A stretch of DNA of 35,850 bases. Origin: an uncultured delta proteobacterium. GTDB taxonomy: Bacteria > Myxococcota > Myxococcia > Myxococcales > Anaeromyxobacteraceae. This document shows positions 11,836-21,067 of this stretch, in pieces. Made by a program: the position numbers and the translations under genes. The notes beneath the pieces were generated by a model that was given only the letters and a program-made list of their open reading frames with translations, was not told the DNA's origin and searched no databases. The DNA lies in contig CAVYBH010000005.1 in assembly GCA_963766715.1 (NCBI GenBank), positions 1 through 35,850 of the forward strand, read 5' to 3'. Numbering within the stretch: position 1 is the first letter of the stretch; every line of letters starts with the position of its first letter.

Positions 11836-12793
11836 ATGCGCGACGGCACTCGTCGTCGTCATCAGCCTCGCCATCCTCGGCCTCCTGGAGGCCGGGTACC
11901 ACGCCACGCACTTCTTCCTCGACCGGCGAGGAAAGGAGCTGCGGCGCCGGCTGGAGTCCGGAAGCCGGACGACCGCGCTCGGCTCGAACCTGCTCCGGCA
12001 GGGGCGCTTCTCCGCCATGCCGGCCTTCGATTCCTGGCTCTCGGCCCAGTCCTGGGCGCGGCGGCTCGAGCACCTCCTCGAGCAGGCCGACTCCCGGATG
12101 ACCGTGGCGCAGCTCGTTGGCTTCTCCGCGCTCGGCGCGTCCTGCGGCCTGATCCTCTCCTACTGGTTCGGCATCGCGCCGGGACTCGTCGTCGCGGCCT
12201 TCGGGGCGTTCCTGCCCTTCGCCATCCTCTACCGGGCCCGGGAGAGACGGAGCCGTGCCATCTCGGAGCAGCTGCCGGAGGCGCTCGAGATGATGGCCCG
12301 GTCGCTGCGGGCCGGTCACGCGCTCAACTCCGCCTTCCAGCTGGCGGCGACCGAGATGCCCGAGCCCATCTGCATCGAGTTCGCGCGCGCGTTCGAGGAG
12401 CAGCGGCTGGGGATGGCGCTCGAGCGGGCGGTGCGGGAGATGACGGCGCGGGCGCCCACCAACGGCGACCTCAAGGTCTTCGCCGTGTCGACGGTGATCC
12501 AGAAGGAGACCGGCGGCAACCTGGCCGAGATCATGGACGGGATCGCCGCCACGGTCCGGGATCGCTACCGGTTCCAGGGGAAGCTCCGCTCGCTGACCGC
12601 GGAGGCCCGCATCACCGCCTGGTTCGTCTCGCTGGCTCCGCTGGCGATGGCCGCGTTCTTCGTCGCCTCCTCCCCGGCCTACATGATGCGGCTCGTCGAC
12701 AACCCGCTCGGGCGGACGATGCTCGCCGGCGGCGTGGGCGCCTGGGTGCTGGGCGTCGTCTGGTTCCAGCGGCTGACGAAGTTCGACTTCTGA
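11836..12793 (+). CDS. tadB: TadB inner-membrane platform protein (T2SS F family; +1 shift at ~11842)
   Basis: [38 protein letters not shown] and [10 protein letters not shown]; directly downstream of cpaF. Confidence 0.88.
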
Positions 12794-12804
12794 GGGAGCG
12801 ACCG

Positions 12805-13753
12805 ATGGTCCTCGACTGGATGGCTCTCCTGGTGACCGGCGGCTTCGTCCTCACCGTCGCGGCCATCGTGGGCATGGCCTACTCGGTGGTGGGCACGAGC
12901 AGCGGTGCGGCCCGGCGTCTCCAGCGCCGGCTCTCTCCGTCTCCGGACCTCCCGGACCTGGCGCCTCGCGGCGACGAGGTGGCGCGGCTCATCGCCCGGG
13001 GGTTGACCCCGCTCGCCCGGCTGGCCACCCCGGGCGAGGGGCAGGTCTCCGAGCTGCGGGGCCGGCTGGTCCAGGGAGGGTTCCGGGCCGCGTGGGCGGC
13101 GCAGGTCTTCCTCGCGGCCAAGGCGATCCTCGCGCTGGCCGCGCCTGGCCGGGTTCCTGTGGGTGAACGCCGTCCGGGCGAGGCCCCTCCCGATGGCGAT
13201 GGCGTGGGCGGTGGCGATGGCCGGCCTCGGCTTCTTCCTCCCCAATCTCTGGCTGGAGCAGCGCATCCGCGCGCGGAAGAAGGCCATCGAGCGCGGCCTT
13301 CCCGACGCGCTGGATCTCGATGGTCACCTGCGTGGAGGCCGGTCTCGGGCTCGACGCCGCCGTCCAGAGGGTGTCGTCGGAGATCTCGCTCGCGCACCCC
13401 ATCCTGTCGGAGGAGCTGACCCTGACCTTCCTCGAGGTGAAGGCCGGCGTCCGGCGGACGGAGGCCTTCCGGCGGCTCGCGAGCCGGACGGGCGTGCAGG
13501 ACCTCAAGACGCTCGCGGCGACCTTGAACCAGACCGACATGTTCGGGACGAGCGTCGCCAAGGCGCTGCGGATCCAGGCGGAAGGGATGAGGATGCGACG
13601 CATGCAGCGGGCGGAGGAGCGGGCCGCGATGCTGAGCGCCAAGATGACGGTCCCGCTCGTCGTCTGCTTCTTGCCGACCCTGCTGGTGGTGATCATCGGT
13701 CCCGCCTGGGTCAACCTCATGGAAGCCTTCAAGAAGGGAATCGAACCCAATGA
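12805..13753 (+). CDS. tadC: TadC inner-membrane platform protein (shifts at ~13142, ~13318, ~13737)
   Basis: [42 protein letters not shown] and [23 protein letters not shown]. The likely stop at 13751-13753 overlaps the next ATG. Confidence 0.87.
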
Positions 13754-14553
13754 TGCCGTCGCCACGATGTCCAGGGCCTCTGCCTGGCGGCCCTCGCGGC
13801 CGTCGCCTGCGCCGGTCCGACCCGGAGCGGCGATCCGGCCGCCCGCTCGGTTCGCCAGGGACTCGCCGAGCAGGCGGCGGCGAACGGCGACTGGCCGACC
13901 GTCTACCGGACCGCCGATGCCCTGGTCGTCGAGGACCGGGAGGACGACGCGGCGCGGCAGCTCCGGGCCCGCTCGCTCCGCCACATGGGGATGGCCATGG
14001 AGGCCGAGGCCGACCTCCGCCAGATCCTGGCGCGGGAGCCGTCCCGGGCGGAGGCGCACGGCGAGCTCGGCGTGGTCCTCGACCTGCAGGGCCGGTTCCG
14101 CGGAGGCGCTGGCGGAGCACCAGGAGGCCCAGCGGCTCTCGCCCTGGGACGCCCGGTGGCTGAACAATCTCGCGTTCGCGCTCATCCTGCGCGGGAAGCC
14201 GAAGGACGCGATCCCGATGCTGGAGGAGGCCCTGCGCACCGAGCCCGACGAGCGCGCGGCTCCGCAACAACCTGGGGTTCGCGCTCGCGGCCAGCGGCGA
14301 CTTCTCCCGCGCGGCGCAGCAGTTCCGGCTGGCCGGCCCGGAGGCCCAGGCCGCGAACAACCTGGCCTTCGCGTACGAGCGAGGCAGCAACCTGCCCCAG
14401 GCCTTCGACCTGTACCTCCACGCGACGAAGCTCGACCCGGCCCAGCCACGCGCACGGGCGAACCTCGAGCACGTGGCCGCGCAGCTCGGCCGCAGCCCGC
14501 CCGCGGAGGCCCTGCCGCGAATCCCGCAGCCGGAACCGAAGGGAGGACCCTGA
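13750..14553 (+). CDS. tadD: TPR lipoprotein, TadD/pilotin-like (three apparent +1 shifts)
   Basis: Reconstructed lipobox GLCLAALAAVA-C; TPR motifs AEAHGELGVVLDLQGR, WLNNLAFALILRGK, NNLGFALAASG, NNLAFAYERG and ARANL; follows tadC. Confidence 0.75.
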
Positions 14554-14870
14554 TGCGCGCTCACGCCCCGTTCCTTCTCGCCATGCTGGCCGTTCTCGCG
14601 TCCGGGTGCGGCGTCGAGCACCGGTCGCCCGCCTATGGCCGCGCGTACCGCGAGTCCATGGAGATGCAGACGAAGCCGCTGGCCAGCCCGCCGCGGGAGC
14701 CGAACATGGCCCTCGACACCCAGGAGGCGGAGGTGATCTCCGGGGCCTACGTGCGAAGCCTGGCCGGGAAGTCCAGGGCGGACGCGGAGCCGGAGCCCGT
14801 CCTGTACGTCGCTCCGCAGCCGCGGGCGGTGAACGCCACGGCCCTTCCGCCGTCGGTGCCCAGGAACTGA
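14553..14870 (+). CDS. Small Tad-associated lipoprotein (possibly DUF3613-like)
   Basis: TGATG coupling to tadD; MRAHAPFLLAMLAVLASG-C lipobox; the core AYRESMEMQ..ASPP...LDTQEAEVISGAYVRSL loosely resembles DUF3613 proteins of Tad loci. Confidence 0.6.
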   Translation: MRAHAPFLLAMLAVLASGCGVEHRSPAYGRAYRESMEMQTKPLASPPREPNMALDTQEAEVISGAYVRSLAGKSRADAEPEPVLYVAPQPRAVNATALPPSVPRN

Positions 14871-14878
14871 GGTGGGCC

Positions 14879-16076
14879 ATGGAGACGAAACGACGCCGTC
14901 AACGAGGGTCGATCATCATCTGGGCGGTCCTCGCGCTGGGGATGATCGGCGCCTTCCTCGCCTCACGGTCGCCGTCGGGCGGCACCAGTCGGTCCGGGGA
15001 AGCCTCCAGAACGGTGTCGACAGCGCCGCGCTGGCCGGTGCCGCGGTCCTCGACATGACGCGGCCGTGCGGCCATTCGCGGTCGCCGCCGTCGGTACGCC
15101 GCGGCGCACGTCACCGACGACGGCTACCGGGTCGTCGTCGATCCGGCCGCCGATATCCAGTTCGGACGATTGGTATCGGGAAGGATACGACCGACGCAGG
15201 CAACTGCACGGTGCCAGCCTGGCGACGCCTGCTTCATGCCGTTCGGCTCGGGTGCCGGTGGTGCCAGCTGTCCGCCGGCCGGCTGCGAGGCGGTCTCCAA
15301 TACGCCGGGGAACATCAACGCGGTCCAGGTCTCGTCCGGCCGGGAGGCGGCCCGGCGGGAACGCCGCATGCCGGTGGCGTTCGGCGGCGCCTTCCTGCCA
15401 CAGCAGGCCCTGGACGTCCGAGCCAGGGCGGTGGCGGTCGGGGGCGGTCCGTGCGACGAGCGAGTGCGCCTTCCCCATGGTGTTCGCCGATTGCGACATA
15501 CGAGCAGGACTCGACCCGGCGAACTCCGGTCCCGGTGCGGGAAGACCGCGGCCTACGTGTTCCACAACGACTCGAGCGACAACGCAGGGTTGACGAGCCT
15601 CGACGCGGTTCACCCGGCAGCGCGTCCATCACGAGAACGCGCTCAGCGCTCGAACTGCGATGCGGGGCGAGAGATCGCGACCCAGGACGGCGACCCGAGA
15701 TCGGTCGAGAACGGGAACAACCTGAATCCGATGCTCCCTTCATGAGGGCCGACCGCATTACGGACAGGTGAAGACGATCGCCCGTCGTCGACATTGCGCT
15801 CGGAATGCACGCCGCCGCAATCCAAAGTTCGACCAGATGGCGACACGTCGGGCTACACGAGCTCATCCTCTGCTTCGGCGACGGGAGTTCCACGCCGAGC
15901 TGGGGCCAGTGGGCCGCCCGGCGTGGCCTCCCCCGCCACGACGGTCACGACACCGAGCGTCAGGAACACCGTCTACGTCGCCCATCTCTGCGACGACGTA
16001 GCCGGGAGGAGAGGCCGGGGTGGCGGGATGCGACTGGTTCGGCACATCGTCGCCTCGCTCCCGGCTCGTCCAGTAG
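14879..16076 (+). CDS. tadG: TadG-like pilus tip/anchor protein with a Cys-rich C-terminal region (heavily frameshifted)
   Basis: METKRRRQRG|SIIIWAVLALGMIGAFLA...LQNGVDSAALAGA is a TadG-type N-terminus; internal NAVQV and VRARAVAVGG; C-terminus GCDWFGTSSPRSRLVQ* at TAG 16074-16076. The internal frame cannot be fully rebuilt by eye. Confidence 0.7.
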
Positions 16077-16083
16077 GAAGCCG

Positions 16084-16699
16084 ATGGCGCGGCCCACCTG
16101 GGCAGGACTTCGGGAGGCGGCCACCAACCTGGCCCTCGCACTGCTCTACGCGGCCTTCGCCTGGGTCCACCTGCGGGGCTTCGCGATCGCACCCCCGGGC
16201 GAGCCTGCTCATCGTGGTCGCCATGGAGAGCCTCGCGGCGGTGCTCTTCGTGCTCCGGTCTCCGGCCTCCCGGACGAGCACGTCCGCCTGGTCCTGGTTC
16301 ACCACGGTGGGCGGCACGTTCGCCCCGTTCCTCCTGCGGCCCACGGGGGCCGCCAGCGACCTCGCCGTTGGCCAGGTCATCCAGGTGGCGGGGGCGGCGA
16401 TGGCCATCCTCTCGCTGGCGTCCCTGAACCGGAGCTTCGGGCTCCTGCCGGCGGTCCGGGAGGTGCAATGCGGCGGCGCCTACCGCGTCGTGCGGCATCC
16501 CCTCTACGCCGCCTACACCGTCCAGAACCTGGGCTATCTCGCCAGCAACCTCTCGGTCTGCGAACTGCGTCGTGGTGGCCCTCGCGCTCGCCTTCCAGGT
16601 GCTCCGGGTCCTGAACGAGGAAAGGCTCCTCTCCTCCGAGCCGACCTACCGCATGTACATGGACCGCACGCGCTGGCGGCTCGTCCCTACCTCTTCTGA
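16084..16699 (+). CDS. Isoprenylcysteine carboxyl methyltransferase / PEMT-family membrane methyltransferase (apparent shifts at ~16195, ~16560, ~16686)
   Basis: Multi-TM; LNRSFGLLPA...GAYRVVRHPLYAAY and EERLL..PTYRMYMDRTRWRLVPYLF are ICMT/Ste14 signature motifs. It starts 7 nt after the tadG stop. Confidence 0.8.
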
Positions 16700-16723
16700 C
16701 CGCGCGTCCCCGCCGGCCCCGCA

Positions 16724-16732
16724 TGCTATAAC
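16724..16732 (+). promoter_or_regulatory. Extended -10 element (TGcTATAAC) ahead of lpxB, probably giving a leaderless or near-leaderless transcript
   Basis: TGnTATAAC ends 8 nt before the TTG start, and there is no SD sequence. Confidence 0.5.
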
Positions 16733-16740
16733 CCGGCGTC

Positions 16741-17886
16741 TTGACTGACGAGATCCTCATCGTCGCCGCCGAGGCGAGCGCGGACCTCCACGCCGCCCGG
16801 GCCCTCGAGGAGCTCCGCCGGATCCGCCCGGGCGCCCGCGCCTTCGGGGTGGGCGGCCCGTGCCTGCGCGCCGCCGGTCTCGAGACCCTCTTCCCCGCCG
16901 AGGACCTGAACGTGATGGGCATCGCCGAGGTCCTGCCCAAGATCCCGACGATCCTCGGCGTCATGCGCGGCCTCCGGGAGGCCGCCGCAGAGCGCCGTCC
17001 CTCCGTCGCGCTGCTCGTCGACAGCCCCGACTTCAACCTGCGCCTCGCCAAGCACCTCAAGCGACTGGGCGTGAAGGTCGTCTACTACGTGAGCCCGATG
17101 ATCTGGGCGTGGCGGCGAGGCCGGGCCCGCAAGATCGCCAAGGTCGTCGACCGCATGCTCTGCATCCTCCCGTTCGAGGAGCGCTTCTACGAGGGCACCG
17201 GGGTCTCGGCCCGCTTCGTCGGGCACCCCTTCGCGGAGCGCGCGCTGCCGGGCGATGCGGCGAGCTACCGGGCCGCGCTCGGCCTCCCGGCGGGACGCAC
17301 CACGATCGCGCTGCTCCCGGGAAGCCGGCGCAGCGAGGTGGACCGGATCTTCCCGCCGATGCTCGAGGCCGCCGAGCGGATCAAGGCCCGCCACCCGGAC
17401 GTCCAGTTCGTGGTCCCCGTCGCCGTCACCCTGCCGGAGGGGGTGCTCCGCCCGGCGCTCGAGCGCCACGCCGGCCTCGACGTGCGCCTCGTCGCGGGCC
17501 GGGCCGACGAGGTGGTCGGGGCGAGCGACGCCGCGCTCGTGAAGAGCGGCACCTCCACGCTCGAGACCGCCCTCATGCAGCGCCCCATGGTGGTGGTCTA
17601 CAAGATGGCCTGGCTCACCTACTGGGTGGCGCGCCTGCTCGTCCGCATGTCCCACTTCGCCCTCGTGAACATCCTGGCCGGGCGCACGATCGTCCCCGAG
17701 CTCCTCCAGCAGGAGGCCAGCCCGGAGCGGATGGCCCTGGAGATCGAGCGCCTGCTCTCCGATCCGGGCGCCCGCCGGGCGCAGCTCGACGGGATCGCCG
17801 AGGTCCGCCGGTCGCTGGGCGAGCCGGGCGCGGCCCACCGCGTCGCCGAGGAGATCGCCGGAGCCCTTCCCGGAGCCCTTCCATGA
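16741..17886 (+). CDS. lpxB: Lipid-A-disaccharide synthase
   Basis: ILIVAAEASADLH, VMGIAEVL, VDSPDFNLRLAK, YYVSPMIWAWR, FVGHP, LLPGSRRSEV, KSGTSTLE and VPELLQ. Confidence 0.95.
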   Translation: MTDEILIVAAEASADLHAARALEELRRIRPGARAFGVGGPCLRAAGLETLFPAEDLNVMGIAEVLPKIPTILGVMRGLREAAAERRPSVALLVDSPDFNLRLAKHLKRLGVKVVYYVSPMIWAWRRGRARKIAKVVDRMLCILPFEERFYEGTGVSARFVGHPFAERALPGDAASYRAALGLPAGRTTIALLPGSRRSEVDRIFPPMLEAAERIKARHPDVQFVVPVAVTLPEGVLRPALERHAGLDVRLVAGRADEVVGASDAALVKSGTSTLETALMQRPMVVVYKMAWLTYWVARLLVRMSHFALVNILAGRTIVPELLQQEASPERMALEIERLLSDPGARRAQLDGIAEVRRSLGEPGAAHRVAEEIAGALPGALP

Positions 17887-18617
17887 CCGAGACCCGCGCC
17901 CCCCATCCCGCCCGGCAGGCGCTCGTGTGCCTGCCCACCTACGACGAGAAGGACAACGTCGGCCCCATCACCGAGGCGATCCTGGCGGCGACGCCGCTCG
18001 TCGACGTGCTCATCATCGACGACAACTCGCCCGACGGGACCGGGCAGCTCGCCGACGCCATCGCCGCCCGGGAGCCCCGCGTGAAGGTGCTGCACCGGGC
18101 CGGGAAGGAGGGGCTCGGCAAGGCGTACCTGGCCGGCTTCGACTGGGCGCTCCGCCAGGGCTACGAGCTCATCCTGGAGATGGACGCCGACTTCTCCCAC
18201 GACCCCAAGTACCTGCCCGGCATGCTCGAGGCCGCGAAGGGCGCCGACGTGGTCCTCGGCTCCCGCAACATCCCGGGGGGCGGGACGGTCAACTGGGGCG
18301 TGGGCCGGAAGATCATCTCCCGGGGCGGGAGCCTCTACGCCCGCACCATCCTGGGAATCCCGGTCCGCGACCTGACCGGCGGCTTCAAGTGCTTCCACCG
18401 CAAGGTGCTCGAGTCGATCGATCTCCCCACGGTGGAGTGCTCCGGGTACGCCTTCCAGATCGAGCTCACCTTCCGCGCGCTCCGCCGGGGCTTCCGGGTC
18501 GTCGAGGTCCCCATCGTGTTCGTCGACCGGCGGGTGGGGCAGTCGAAGATGTCGAAGCGGATCGTTCTGGAAGCGCTCGGCAAAGTGTGGTCCATTCGTC
18601 GCGCCGATTTCCGCTGA
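17883..18617 (+). CDS. Polyprenol-monophosphomannose synthase-like GT2 (DPM1/Ppm1 family)
   Basis: ATGA overlap with lpxB; LPTYDEKDN, IDDNSPDGTG, GKEGLGKAYLAGF, EMDADFSHDP, DLTGGFKCF, GYAFQIE and FVDRRVGQSKMS. Confidence 0.9.
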   Translation: MTETRAPHPARQALVCLPTYDEKDNVGPITEAILAATPLVDVLIIDDNSPDGTGQLADAIAAREPRVKVLHRAGKEGLGKAYLAGFDWALRQGYELILEMDADFSHDPKYLPGMLEAAKGADVVLGSRNIPGGGTVNWGVGRKIISRGGSLYARTILGIPVRDLTGGFKCFHRKVLESIDLPTVECSGYAFQIELTFRALRRGFRVVEVPIVFVDRRVGQSKMSKRIVLEALGKVWSIRRADFR

Positions 18618-18639
18618 CGGAGGCGCGGCCCCACGACCG

Positions 18640-19287
18640 ATGCTCCGAGAAGTCCTCACCCATAGCCTGGTCGCCCTCTCGGCCATCTTCGTGGTGGTGG
18701 ATCCGCTCGCCGCGATCCCGTTCTTCCTGGCGATGACGTCCGACCAGTCGCCGGAGCAGCGGCGGGAGACGGCCCGCCGCGCCGCCATCGGCGCCTGGCT
18801 CATCCTCACCGCCTTCGGCCTCCTCGGCGCCTTCCTCTTCCGGCTGCTCGGCATCTCCATCCCGGCCTTCAAGCTGGCGGGCGGCGTCCTCCTCCTCCTC
18901 ATCGCCATCGACATGATCCGGACCGCCCCCTCGGCCGCCCGCATCACCCCGCCCGAGGTCGAGGCCGGGTCGGTGAAGGACGACGTGGCCATCGTCCCCC
19001 TCGCCATGCCGCTCCTGGCGGGCCCGGGGTCCATCGCCACCGTCATCGTCCTCATGGGCCGGGTCCAGCCGAAGCAGTGGTGGAACGGCGTCCCGGTGCT
19101 GGTGGCCATCGCGCTCGTGGCCGTCGCCACCTACCTGACGCTCGCCGCCGCCAACCGGGTCGAGCGCGTGCTGAGCCGTACCGGGATGAACATCCTCGAA
19201 CGCGTGGCCGGCATGCTGCTCGCCGCCATCGCGCTGCAGTTCATGATCGACGGGGCCGGGGAGGCGTTCCCCGGGCTCCTCCGCTGA
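18640..19287 (+). CDS. marC: MarC-family inner membrane protein
   Basis: IFVVVDPLAAIPFF, FKLAGGVLLL, DVAIVPLAMPLLAGPGSIATV and ILERVAGMLLAAIALQF. Confidence 0.9.
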   Translation: MLREVLTHSLVALSAIFVVVDPLAAIPFFLAMTSDQSPEQRRETARRAAIGAWLILTAFGLLGAFLFRLLGISIPAFKLAGGVLLLLIAIDMIRTAPSAARITPPEVEAGSVKDDVAIVPLAMPLLAGPGSIATVIVLMGRVQPKQWWNGVPVLVAIALVAVATYLTLAAANRVERVLSRTGMNILERVAGMLLAAIALQFMIDGAGEAFPGLLR

Positions 19288-19294
19288 GGGACCC

Positions 19295-20986
<1,692 letters not shown>

Positions 20987-21067
20987 CATCCACGGGCGGG
21001 CGGGTGCTATGCATGGTGCCTCGCCATCCCTTCCAACCCCGCCCAGGCGGGCAAATCCGGAGACGAC

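Noticed and set aside
4068..14870. Apparent fusion ORFs (4068..6200 containing Flp, 9285..11768, 10981..13419 CpaF-TadC, 13320..14870 TadC-TPR-lipoprotein)
   Set aside because: They arise from indels linking fragments of separate genes. Each component has its own start context and family motifs.
5428..16699. Myxobacterial Kil contact-dependent killing system, or a mobile island
   Set aside because: No FHA-domain proteins or toxin-like genes are visible, and there is no integrase, transposase, tRNA or flanking direct repeat.
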